The position numbers were made by a program, and so were the translations under genes. Positions 40,205 to 50,606 of a DNA stretch of 64,000 nucleotides are shown piece after piece (position 1 is the stretch's first letter; each line of letters starts with the position of its first letter). Source of the stretch: an uncultured delta proteobacterium (GTDB lineage Bacteria; Desulfobacterota; Desulfuromonadia; Desulfuromonadales; BM103); NCBI GenBank assembly GCA_963715335.1, contig CAVQRZ010000005.1:1-64000 (forward strand). The letters run 5' to 3'. Under the pieces are notes generated by a model that ran no database searches, had not been told where the DNA came from, and saw only the letters and a list, made by a program, of their open reading frames with translations.

Positions 40205-41805
40205 GATAAGAATTTGCTTCTTAAGGTTTGTGCCGACATCAATAAATTCTGTCCACATAACGGTATAATCAGACAAAAACCAACCCTTTTCAATTTTACC
40301 CAACAACCAAAACCTTGTCAAAACCAAGACCCCGGCAGGGAAAACCACTCAACACCGCAAAACCACTTGGAAGCCACCGATTTTGCACGCACTTATCCTA
40401 TACTGCCTGCTGGGTCAAGTAGCAAGCACACCCCACATGACCGTCAGTGCAGTGTGTTATCCGTTTCATCGTGACGGCCCCAGCCGTCGCGAACGCTTCA
40501 CAGACAACAACTTCGGCGGTGTCTTCCTGTTCTTTGGGAGGCGGCAGACCTTTGGGTAGACTCTCGTGCCAAAGACCGAGGTATTCAAGAATGCGGTGGA
40601 TCAGCAATGGCTCGTCGATGAAGCTGATGATCTTCATCTCGCCACCACACTTTGAACAGTCCAGCGGGTCAACTTCCCAGACCTTCTTGATGCACTCCCG
40701 CCAGGTCTTTGATGGAATTTTTTTGTGTGCTTCGGTGATTGTCAGGATTTCTGCTGCATAGATGTGGTATCAGTGTTATTTTTTTGCTGCTTTTTCTTAT
40801 GATCCCCTCTTGAGCGATTGGAATACCAGCCATAATAGCGCACCAGTTGAAAAGACCTGTCAGGGATGTGCGGGGTGATCCTGGCGATGAATTCTTCTGC
40901 GCTGAAACTTAAAGTTTCTTTTGTTCTTTCCATGCCCCAAATTCGAACGATAGATCACCGTTCCTGAATCGTCAATGTATTGTATCTTCTCCAAAGCAAA
41001 TGAACTGCAAATGATCTACTGTGCGAGCGCTTCACGGCCTTTATTGTCCTGCCGGTCTATCTTGACACCGTTGTGAATCTTGAACCCGGACATATGTCGC
41101 CACTGCATAAACTTACGGATGAAATCATCGTCGATCTTCCCCTCCTTTTTCAACATCTTCAGCGCCGCGGCACGAAACAGTTCCTGCAAAGGTTTGAGGC
41201 CGACATCGGGCATGACGTGGAAGTTGCCACTTGGCATAAAAAGGCCGTCGACCACCAGCAGGTGAAGATGTGTATGCCAGCGACCGTAGTCGCCAAACGT
41301 CTGGATGGCGGTCACCGTGCCGAGCTGGCCAGACTTGACATTGAAGACTGTCCTGAAGAGATGGAGCAGACTTCGGTTGGCGTACTAGCAGAGCCTGGTG
41401 AGCAACGCACGATCGTAGCGGAAATAGATACGCAGAATTTTCGGCAGGGTGAAAGCATTCTGGCGGTGCTGTAAGGGGGGAGAGGATTGTGCTGCCAAGT
41501 AGATTGCCGAACCACCTTATTGGCGTGACAGCTCGGGCAGAACCAGCGACCTTTGCAGCCGAATGAAGGTACTCATGGCTGCAGTCGGGGCATCGAACAC
41601 GGGCGAAACCCTCGCGCAGGTCACCACATTTCAGATAGTCGCGTAACACGTCATCGACAACCGCGAGCTTGAAACCGTAAGCCTTTTGATACTTCTGCTC
41701 GAACTCCTGTTCAGAGATTCCGTAATGCTTGTTGAGCATTTTCCACAACGGCGACTGCTGCGACTACCGGGGGTGGTAAACGGTTAAATCGTTCCCCTCC
41801 GACAT
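40205..41805 (-). mobile_element. Degenerate IS91-family (rolling-circle, Y2 HUH) element
   Basis: Fragments with Zn-binding CGDLREGFARVRCPDC, HUH motif HTHLH, Y2 motif VRYYGWYSN and C-terminal MKIISFI; in-frame TAG stops plus frameshifts; oriIS-like AAGCAAATTCTTATC at 40219-40205. Confidence 0.88.
40293..40321 (-). promoter_or_regulatory. Outward-facing promoter in the IS91 oriIS region
   Basis: TTGACA-17 bp-TAAAAT. Confidence 0.75.
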
Positions 41806-41876
41806 CTCCCCTCCACGGGATCACATAGGCCGAAAGCCCAAAGTGGCATCCGAGCCTTTCAGTTAGATTTTATTCT

Positions 41877-41900
41877 CTCGGCGTCTTTGCGCCTTTGCGT
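41877..41900. repeat. Octamer tandem repeat (x3)
   Basis: CTCGGCGT CTTTGCGC CTTTGCGT. Confidence 0.6.
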
Positions 41901-42005
41901 TAAACAGATTTTTTGACTTTCCGCGTTCCTTGCACTTCGGGCCTCGAACCTTACCCTAAACAGTTACGCTCATTTTGCCCTTGATACAGCCGCAAACAAG
42001 CCGGA

Positions 42006-44469
42006 TCACAGCCTCCTGGCATAGCCTTTCAAAAGGAGACTGTTGGTCACGACTGAAACACTGGAGAAGAGCCATAGCCAGACCTGCAAACTCGGGCTTG
42101 AGGATGATTCCGAAAGCGGGATAAAACAGTCCAGCGGCAATCGGGATGCCAATCACATTGTAGAAGAATGCCCAAAACAGGTTCTGCTTGATCTTGGCGA
42201 GGGTTTTCCGTCCCAGGCGAATGCCGCGCTCAACATCGCGGATATCACCCTTAACCAGGACGAGGTCGCCGGTCTCCTTGGCGACATCGGTCCCGCTGCC
42301 GATCGCAATACCGATATCCGCCTGAGCCAGAGCCGGCGCATCGTTGATGCCGTCGCCGACCATGCCGGTGAAAAAGCCGCGGGTCTGATAGCTGCGTACC
42401 ACGCCCTGCTTGTCGCCGGGGAGCACTTCGGCCTCAACCTCTTCAATCCCAAGCTGCCGGGCAACCGCATCAGCCACGGTCTGTCGGTCGCCGGTGATCA
42501 TGACCGTTTTCAGTCCCAACTGCTGCAGGCGGGCAATCGTATCGGCAGCATCATCCTTGAGGGTATCAGCAAGGGTCAACGCGCCGAGGATTAAGCCATC
42601 CACGGCAACGTAGATGACCGACTCGCCGCCCTCGGCCCGGCCGCTGAGGAGGAGATCAATGTTGTCGGCGGCCACCTGTTCCCGCTCCATCAGTCGCCGG
42701 TTACCGGCAAGGACAACGCGGTCATCGGACTCGCCTTTCAGACCAAGCCCGCCGATTTCTGCGACATCTCGACAGGGGGTGTAATCAACACCGTTGTCCT
42801 TGGCATATCGTCACGACAGCGCGAGCGAGGGGATGACTGCTGGCTGACTCCACTTCTGTCGCATACCTGATCAAGGCATGCCTGGCGACACCCTCTGCGC
42901 AGATCACATCCGTGACGGAAAATTCACCCCGCGTCAAGGTCCCGGTCTTGTCCAGCAACAACACCTGCAGACGGGATATGTTCTCAAGGGCAGACGCCTT
43001 TTTAAAAAGGATTCCGGCGGCAAGCCCGATCGAACTGCCGACCATGATAGCCGTCGGCGTCGCCAGGCCCAGAGCGCAAGGGCATGCAATCACCAGCACG
43101 GCAATCGCCATTTTAAACGCAAACAGGAAATCGGCGCCGACCAGAGCATACCAGGAGACGAAAGTTGCCAATGCGACCACGACTACTGCAGGCACGAACC
43201 AGTTGGAAATTCTGTCGGCCAGGCGCTGGATCGGTGCCTTGTCGCTCTGGGCGTCCTCAACCATGCGGACAATCTGTGCCAGCACCGTTTCACTGCCGAC
43301 CCGAGCTCGCCTCTATGACCAGCCGACTGCTGGTGTTGATCGTCGCCCCGGTGACCTCATCGCCGGGCTGCTTGTCCACAGGCAGAGATTCACCTGTCAC
43401 CAGCGATTCGTCAACAGCTGAGGCCCCCTCGACGACAACACCGTCCACCGGGATTTTTTGGCCGGGACGCACCACCACCCGGTCACCAACCTGCACACGA
43501 TCCGCCGGAACATCCTCTTCGCGACCATCGACCATGATCAGTGCACGATCGGCTTGCAGATGCAAGAGTGCCTTGAGGGTCTGGCTGGCCTTGCCTTTGG
43601 CCCGGGCCTCCAGCCATTTGCCGAAACGGATGAAGGTGATCAGCATGGCGCTCGTTTCGAAGAAAACACTTCACCAGACAGGCCAAAGACTTGAAAGAGC
43701 GCCAGCAGCGAGTAGCCGTACGCGGCGGTAATCCCCATGGCGACGAGGACATCCATGTTGGCCGAGCGGTTTTTCAGGGATTTCCAGGCGCTGCGATAGA
43801 AGGTCAATCCGGCAGTGAACTGGACAACCGTCGACAAAACACAGATGCAGGTAGATGGTTGCCGAACCGAATGGTGCAAACCACATTAGCGGCATGATCG
43901 GCAACGACAGGGTTGCGGCAAAGATCAGCCAATAAAGTTGGCGTGCGGCCTTCGTGCAGATCTCGTCATCTTCTGCTGCCGCCCGGTAACCAAGGTCATC
44001 GACCTTCGCGATCAGATCGGCACTTTGCACTAGGCGAGGATCATAAACGACGGAGAGCTTTTCTGCGGCAAAGTTTACCGCAAGCTGAGCATGACCCCAG
44101 GCACTTTGGCGACACCCTTTTCGATGGTTTGCGCGCAATTGGCACAGGTCATCCCCTGCATGGCAAAGGTACTCGTTCCGGTTGCTGCTTTTTTGACGGA
44201 ATGCTCGCCAGCAACGACTCTCTTCTGTATCAGCATCATCCGAGGCAATCGGGCCACAACCTGAAAGCCCGTCGCGACGACAACATCGAAAAGCTCTTCA
44301 CGGTCCGGACCGCTATCAACCACCTGAATCTTGCCCTGTTGCTCCTCTAGCGAGACCACAACCACACTCACCCCATCCATCGCCTGCAACGCTAGCGGTG
44401 ATCTTGGCAACACATTTTTGACAGCTCATGCCGTAGATACGGGATGGTGATTTCAGTGTTTGTCGTCAA
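42006..44469 (-). CDS. copA: Cu(I)-translocating P1B-1 ATPase, broken by many single-base frameshifts (sequencing error or pseudogene)
   Basis: Across frames: [47 protein letters not shown], MAxSS. Confidence 0.85.
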
Positions 44470-44931
44470 GAATCAAACCTCCGGGCAATTGATCCTCTGT
44501 TACAGGTTTCCAGAGCCAAGCCAGCAGGCAAGTCAGGAGGATTGCCAGGGCACAGTCGCAGTCCCAGCATGACAACCCCATCCCCACCCAGGACGACAAA
44601 GATCAGGACGTCTTCGATCACGGCATGGCAAGTCGCCAAAAAAAGACCCGTCAGAAACAGTTCGCGGCGATCCATCTGCCCGGCGGCGGCAGAGCGAATG
44701 ATTATCCCGGCGCCGTAGGCGATGCCGAGGAAGACCCCGGTAAAGAGCGGCAAGACTGCCGATCGTCCCAGGCCAAGGCAGCGCATGACCGGTTCCGTTC
44801 GCGAGCCGATACTGTTGAAAGATCCGCATATGCCGCAAAAGTTCAAAGATCGCCACCAGGGGAACCACGATCAGGACCAGTTTGCCACACAGCATCAATC
44901 CGCCGAGGACGGCATCAAGCAAGGCTGTCAT
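44466..44931 (-). CDS. Nucleoside-recognition (Gate) domain membrane protein, frameshifted
   Basis: MTALLDAVLGG.. in one frame continues as ..GVFLGIAYGAG..CHAVIED in another. Confidence 0.7.
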
Positions 44932-45392
44932 CCCGCCACCCCCAACCACTGCAGCCCCATCATCAGCCAGCCGGCAAGGACAGCGAGCAGAATGCGGCAG
45001 AGTGTCAGGACGCCACCGCGCGCTCCGGTGCTGCTCAGGACCCCTCCTTCAAGGACCAGGTTGTGCGCAATCCCCATCATAACGCCGCACTGCGTGACTT
45101 GCCAGGGAGTCAGGTCCAGGGGAGCCAGAACGGCGATCGCCGCATAGAGATTGATCAGGGCCGCAGCAATAAAGGCGAAGGCCGTCTCCCCGGGGAGTCC
45201 GAACAGGCCCATAAACGGCGCGCACCAATTACCCAGGTTGTCGATCAAACCGTAGGTTTTACATAAATCGACAACGATGTAGAGAGGCAGGACAAACTTG
45301 ACCATCCGGAAAGCCGTCCACCAGCCGTCGACCACACCGGTCCGTAACCGCTCGAGAAGGGGTGGAACCTGTTCTTCCTCTGTTATTTCCAT
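44928..45392 (-). CDS. Nucleoside-recognition (Gate) domain membrane protein
   Basis: APFMGLFGLPGE, NLYAAI, AHNLVLE. Confidence 0.8.
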   Translation of the reverse strand: MEITEEEQVPPLLERLRTGVVDGWWTAFRMVKFVLPLYIVVDLCKTYGLIDNLGNWCAPFMGLFGLPGETAFAFIAAALINLYAAIAVLAPLDLTPWQVTQCGVMMGIAHNLVLEGGVLSSTGARGGVLTLCRILLAVLAGWLMMGLQWLGVAG

Positions 45393-45414
45393 GTGTTAAT
45401 CGCTTTCTGTGCGG

Positions 45415-45443
45415 TTGACATCTCGGTTTACGGCCCCTATAGT
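45415..45443 (+). promoter_or_regulatory. sigma70 promoter directly before the lpxH ATG (likely leaderless)
   Basis: TTGACA-17 bp-TATAGT, 7 nt to ATG 45451, no SD. Confidence 0.75.
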
Positions 45444-45450
45444 GGCGCCT

Positions 45451-46173
45451 ATGAGAGCCATATTTCTTGCCGATGCACATTTGCGCAAACCCGGCGACCT
45501 CAATTACCGGATGCTGCTTGACTTTCTCGACGAACAGTGCGGCAGAACGGACATGCTGGTCCTGCTCGGCGATATCTTCGAGTTCTGGATCGGTAAAAGC
45601 AGCGTGATCGCCGAGCACGTCCCGTTGGTCGATGCCCTGGAGCGGCTGCATCAGTTAGGGACGAAGCTGGTGTACGTTGAAGGCAATCACGACTTCCACC
45701 TCGGGCCGGTCTTTACCCGGCGGCTTGAATGCCTGGTGTTCCCCGACGGCGGCAGCATCGATCTCGACGGCAAAAAGGTTTTTCTCGCCCATGGCGACCT
45801 GGCCAACCCCGATGACACCGGTTATCATCGGCTCCGCATGTTCTTCCGCAGCGGCCTGGTCCGTGTCCTGATCCGGACCCTGCCTAACTTCCTGTTGTTG
45901 AAGATCGCAGCCCGGGCCGGTTACGCAAGCAAAAAGAGTTATGGAGGGGGGCGCAACAGCTGGCCAGCCAGGGAGGTCCTGATTCCTTATGCCGAAAAGA
46001 TTCTCGCAACCGGTCAGCAGGCAATTGTCACCGGACACTTCCATCAACCTTTCCACGAAAGACTGGTCGATGGAGAGCTCATCGCCCTGGGTGACTGGAT
46101 CACGCAGTTCTCCTACGCCGTTTACGAAGACCATGCCTTTACCCTGACCAGCTATCAGGCGACGACGGCCTGA
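45451..46173 (+). CDS. lpxH: UDP-2,3-diacylglucosamine diphosphatase (LpxH-like)
   Basis: DAH, GDIFEFW, GNHD, HGD, GHFH, LGDW. Confidence 0.85.
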   Translation: MRAIFLADAHLRKPGDLNYRMLLDFLDEQCGRTDMLVLLGDIFEFWIGKSSVIAEHVPLVDALERLHQLGTKLVYVEGNHDFHLGPVFTRRLECLVFPDGGSIDLDGKKVFLAHGDLANPDDTGYHRLRMFFRSGLVRVLIRTLPNFLLLKIAARAGYASKKSYGGGRNSWPAREVLIPYAEKILATGQQAIVTGHFHQPFHERLVDGELIALGDWITQFSYAVYEDHAFTLTSYQATTA

Positions 46174-47552
46174 GCAGCTTCATCAAACTGGTCCTCGCCC
46201 CGGTCATCTGCCTCTTCAACCCGTAGGACCAGATCGCGCAAGGTCATCCCTTCCAGGGCTTGCATCTCCGCATCACTCAAGATCCCTGCAACTTCGGCGA
46301 CGGCGACACGCTCAGGGGTATTGCGCAGATGGCTGTAATCGTCGCCATCAGCCGCCAGACTCCTGATCACATCATGCAGCCTGATCTTCTCCAGGGCACG
46401 GGCCGGCTGATATCCCGTACCTTCAAAGTCCTGGACGGTCTCGGTAATGAATCCCAACCTGACCAGTTCATCCAGAATCTTGCGCAACAGGCGTGACGGG
46501 ACATCCACTTGCTCCACAAGGTCGTCCTTGCCCATGGCGGGCTGCCCGAGGTAGAAGCGCCGGCCAACACAAAGCAGGACCATAAGGGCAATAAATTCGA
46601 GGCTGGCAAAATTGACCTGCGCACCACGGATATCTCGCCGGATGCTGCGCAGGTTCTGGGTGGCATAGGTCATCTCCAGGCCAAGCAGTACGATCATCCA
46701 GGAGAAGTAAATCCAGACCATCAAAACCGGCAGGGCCGCCAGGGTTCCGTAAATAGCATTGTAGCGCGCCACACCGACCTGGAAGCTCAGGTAAACCCAC
46801 TGGCTGATCTGCCAGAGCGTACCGCCAAACACACCGCCGATCAACGCTGCGCGGGGGCTCACCTTGACATTCGGCATAAACAGATAGAGGCCGGCGAAGA
46901 CCAGCCACATGACCATGAACGGCAGCACCTCGAAAAGCGCGATCAGCGCTTCACCGACATACTGGTGTTCGATCAACGTCTGGACCAGTAGCTGGCTCTT
47001 GACCGTGCTGGTCATGGAGATCGCTGCGACGACAAAGATCGGGCCGATCGTCACCACCGAAAAGTAATCAGTGAAGCGCCGCAGTAGCGGGCGGGTCTCT
47101 TTGACCCCCCAAACCCGGTTGAACGTTTCTTCGATGTTGGATAGCAGGGTCAGCACGGTGATCACCAGGAAGAGCAGGCCGTAGGTGCCGAGCCGTGCGA
47201 CGTTGGTATTATTGATGTATTTTACGATGTAGGTGACCACTGTGCCACCACCGACAGCAAGCTGCTTGAGCAGCAAGGTTTCAAGCTCATTCTGGACACC
47301 GAAGCCCTTGAGGACCGCAAACATCAGGGCGAGCAGCGGCACCAGCGAGAGCAAGGTCGTAAAAGTCAGTGCGGAAGCCCGCAACATGCAGCCGTCAGCA
47401 AAAAAGCCGCGCACGACCAAAGCCATAATCTGCACCTGGTTGAGCAGAAAGGTCCGCCACCAGCCTCGGTCGGCAGCGCTCATTTCCCAGAGATCCTGTG
47501 CAAAAAAATTGCGGCTGCGGTCGATAACTGTTCGCAAAGAGCCCACTCTCAC
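46155..47552 (-). CDS. YihY/BrkB-family membrane protein with C-terminal Rrf2-like HTH
   Basis: RASALTFTTLLSLVP, IEETFNRVW, YNAIYG. Confidence 0.9.
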   Translation of the reverse strand: MRVGSLRTVIDRSRNFFAQDLWEMSAADRGWWRTFLLNQVQIMALVVRGFFADGCMLRASALTFTTLLSLVPLLALMFAVLKGFGVQNELETLLLKQLAVGGGTVVTYIVKYINNTNVARLGTYGLLFLVITVLTLLSNIEETFNRVWGVKETRPLLRRFTDYFSVVTIGPIFVVAAISMTSTVKSQLLVQTLIEHQYVGEALIALFEVLPFMVMWLVFAGLYLFMPNVKVSPRAALIGGVFGGTLWQISQWVYLSFQVGVARYNAIYGTLAALPVLMVWIYFSWMIVLLGLEMTYATQNLRSIRRDIRGAQVNFASLEFIALMVLLCVGRRFYLGQPAMGKDDLVEQVDVPSRLLRKILDELVRLGFITETVQDFEGTGYQPARALEKIRLHDVIRSLAADGDDYSHLRNTPERVAVAEVAGILSDAEMQALEGMTLRDLVLRVEEADDRGEDQFDEAAQAVVA

Positions 47553-48994
47553 CTCACGATCCCGGGATTCTCATCCAGATCGACGTTTACCACCGGCAGA
47601 CCGATCTGTTCCAGCTCCACTCTAAACTCTTCAGAGTCGCCGACCAGGACAAGCTGCTGCCTGGAGAGATCGACAAATTCCCGCGCGACCCGCTGCACAT
47701 CGGCTGCCGTAACCGCGGCAATATTGTCACGGTAGCTGGCCAGGTAGTCTCCGGGATAACCGAAGAACGTCAGGGTCATCTGCTGGTTGACCACCGCATG
47801 CGTATTCTCGAAGCCGAACACAAAAGAGTTGATCTGACTCTCTTTGGCCAACTGCAACTCGTCTTCACTGACCGGGTTGTTCCTTAATTCGGTCATGATC
47901 TCACGCGTCAGCGTGACTACCGGCACGACCGATGCGTTCTTGGTTTCCGTTCCGGCAACGAACGGCCCCGGCAAACGCCGACCGATCTGGAAGTAGGAAT
48001 AGGCGGAATAGGCCAGGCCACGATTCGATCTGATCTCCCGCATCATGCGGGAGTTGAAGCCTCCGCCGCCGAGGATGTAATTGAAGACCCGCACGGCATA
48101 CTGGTCAGGATTGTCCTTGGTCAGCCCCAGGTCCCCGATCGCCACCGTAGTCTGCGGCAGGTCCTTGGTTACAACCTGCACCAAACCCGACCCAGGCCGG
48201 ACAACGGCCGGCATGATCTGTGCCGGAACTTCGCGCTGCTCCCAGTCGCCGAAATTTTGCTGCAGCAGCTGCAGCAGCCTGTCACGATCGAAGTCGCCGG
48301 AGACGGCCATCCAGAGCTCATTCGGGGCAAAATACATCTGCTGGAACTCAACCAGGTCCTGTTGTGAAATCTCCGCCAGTGTCTCAGGGGTCGGCGAATA
48401 GCCAAGGGAGCTGTCCGGATACAGCGCGGCCATCAGCAACCGTCTGGCGATCGCTCCCGGACTGTCATTCTGTCGCCGCACCTGTTCCTGGGCCTGCAGA
48501 CGTGCCAGCTCCAGGCGCTCCGCCGCGAAGCGGGGCCGACGCAGCATGTCTGCCAGAATCGCAACGCCATGCTCCAGGTCCTGTGCACGCAACGACAGGT
48601 CCAGCTGTGAGGTGTAAGTATCCATGCTGGCGCCCAGGTTGGCCGCAAGCTGGTCCAGGAAGTCGTCCAACTCCTCCGGGGTGCGATCCCCTGCCCCACC
48701 GGTACGCCAGGTACTGCCAAAAAGGTCGGCAAAACCGGTCTTCTCTTTTGGCGTCGTGATGTCACCGGCGCCGACCAGTGCCGTAATCTGCACCAGGGGC
48801 AATTCCTTGTCTTCCTTGAGGTAGAGGCGAATACCGTTGTCCAGAACCAGGGTTTCCACCTCCGGGAGCTGGAATTTCAGCACCGGATATTGCAGTTGAT
48901 CAGGGTGGCTCGGGAGCTGGTTGGCGCATCCGGCCAAAAAAACTATGCTTACAACAAGAGACGAGAAGACGCCGATTGAATGGAAGTATCTCAT
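47549..48994 (-). CDS. M16B peptidase non-catalytic subunit (lipoprotein)
   Basis: Lipobox LAGC, lacks HxxEH, GGGGFNSR..REIR..GLAY. Confidence 0.88.
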   Translation of the reverse strand: MRYFHSIGVFSSLVVSIVFLAGCANQLPSHPDQLQYPVLKFQLPEVETLVLDNGIRLYLKEDKELPLVQITALVGAGDITTPKEKTGFADLFGSTWRTGGAGDRTPEELDDFLDQLAANLGASMDTYTSQLDLSLRAQDLEHGVAILADMLRRPRFAAERLELARLQAQEQVRRQNDSPGAIARRLLMAALYPDSSLGYSPTPETLAEISQQDLVEFQQMYFAPNELWMAVSGDFDRDRLLQLLQQNFGDWEQREVPAQIMPAVVRPGSGLVQVVTKDLPQTTVAIGDLGLTKDNPDQYAVRVFNYILGGGGFNSRMMREIRSNRGLAYSAYSYFQIGRRLPGPFVAGTETKNASVVPVVTLTREIMTELRNNPVSEDELQLAKESQINSFVFGFENTHAVVNQQMTLTFFGYPGDYLASYRDNIAAVTAADVQRVAREFVDLSRQQLVLVGDSEEFRVELEQIGLPVVNVDLDENPGIVR

Positions 48995-50490
48995 AGCGCT
49001 GCATCCTCTCTCTGCAGCACCACAACCGTGCGGTTTGATTTCGTGAAGTACCGGTTGGCAACCTGCCGGAGATCCTCCGCAGACAACTTGTCGATCTCCG
49101 CCGGGTAGGTCACCAGGTAACGCCAGTCACCGGCAAGGGATTGATAGCTGGTCAGCAGCATCGCCAGTCCGGAGTTGCTCGTCAGCTGCCGAAGCTGGTC
49201 GGTCAACAGGCGGTTTCTGACTTTGGCCAGCTCCTCTGCGCCGACCGGTTCAGTCCTGAGTTTTTCGAGTTCGGCATAAATTGCCGATTCGAGCTCTGCA
49301 ACCGTGTGCGGATGGCGCGGGATACCCTCTATAACGAAGAGGTTGGGATAACGGGAACCCGGTGCGCCATACACGGAGACGGAGGTCGCCAGCTTCTGCT
49401 CCTCGACCAGGGAGCGGTAGAGTCTCGAGGTACGGCCGCTACCAAGGACCTGGTCGATCAGGTCGAAAGCGTAATCGTCTTTGTCGGGCATGGTCGGCTT
49501 GTGCCAGGCAATCGCCAGTCTTGGCTCGGCGTCAAACACCTCGATGATTCTCTTCTCCCCGCTCTGCTCAGGCTCCACGGCGGCCACTCCGGGGGCTGGT
49601 GTGCCGGGGGCAATATCTGCGAAATAGCGCTCGACCAGAGCCACCGCATCAGCGGCCCTGACGTCGCCGACCAGAGCGATCACGGTATTGACCGGTGCGT
49701 AATATTTCTCCAGGAACCCGCGGGTTTTCTGCGGGCTGAGGTTGGCAATATCAGAATGCCAGCCGATGATCGGGTTGCGGTAAGGGTGCACTTCAAAGGC
49801 ATTGGTCACGAGGCTCTCGTAGTGCTTGCGTGCCGGGTTGGTATCGTAGGATCGGCGCCGTTCCTCCCTGATCACATCCCGTTCGGTGTAGAACTCGCGC
49901 AGGACCGGGTTTTTCATCCGGTCCGACTCGATCATGGCCCAGAGCTCCAGCTTGTTGGACGGCAGAGAGATCAGGTATGTGGTCAGGTCCTTGCTGGTGA
50001 AGGCGTTGTAGCCGACGCCGCCATTTTCCGAGTAGAGGTTTGAGAAAACGTCCTTGACCACGTACTGCTTGTGTTCTGTCTGCAGGTCGGCCAGTTGCTT
50101 TTCCAGCGCGGCAACCTCCGCTGGATCGACATCGCTCTGCAATCGCAGGGCATCGAGCCGGCTGCCGACCCGTTCAATCTCTTCGAGTAAAGGTTTCTCT
50201 TTCGCGTAGTCCGTCGTGCCGAGAGTCCGGGTGCCCTTGAACAACATATGTTCCAGCAGGTGTGCCACTCCACGGGTCTCACTGGTCTCGTGTACCGAGC
50301 CAACCCCGAGGGTGATGTAGGCCGAGACGATCGGCGTATCATGACGCTCAACCACGAGCAAGGTGAGTCCGTTGCCAAACCGGTGTTCAAACACCTTATC
50401 CTCAAGTGTTGTGCTACCGAGAGCCATTCCCGGCAAGCAGAGCAGGAGTATGCTGAATATCACTACAAACGATCGATTCATTTTATTCAT
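48991..50490 (-). CDS. M16B zinc peptidase catalytic subunit
   Basis: Signal peptide, GVAHLLEHMLFKGT, NAFTS, EERR. Confidence 0.92.
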   Translation of the reverse strand: MNKMNRSFVVIFSILLLCLPGMALGSTTLEDKVFEHRFGNGLTLLVVERHDTPIVSAYITLGVGSVHETSETRGVAHLLEHMLFKGTRTLGTTDYAKEKPLLEEIERVGSRLDALRLQSDVDPAEVAALEKQLADLQTEHKQYVVKDVFSNLYSENGGVGYNAFTSKDLTTYLISLPSNKLELWAMIESDRMKNPVLREFYTERDVIREERRRSYDTNPARKHYESLVTNAFEVHPYRNPIIGWHSDIANLSPQKTRGFLEKYYAPVNTVIALVGDVRAADAVALVERYFADIAPGTPAPGVAAVEPEQSGEKRIIEVFDAEPRLAIAWHKPTMPDKDDYAFDLIDQVLGSGRTSRLYRSLVEEQKLATSVSVYGAPGSRYPNLFVIEGIPRHPHTVAELESAIYAELEKLRTEPVGAEELAKVRNRLLTDQLRQLTSNSGLAMLLTSYQSLAGDWRYLVTYPAEIDKLSAEDLRQVANRYFTKSNRTVVVLQREDAAL

Positions 50491-50606
50491 TATCCTTACG
50501 TAAGGGAGTTGTCAATTTATGCTGCCCAATCCATTATAACCATGACGCGGCGATCGGTCGAGGTAGACATCTATTTTTTTAGATGTTTCATAATTCTTGA
50601 AAAATA

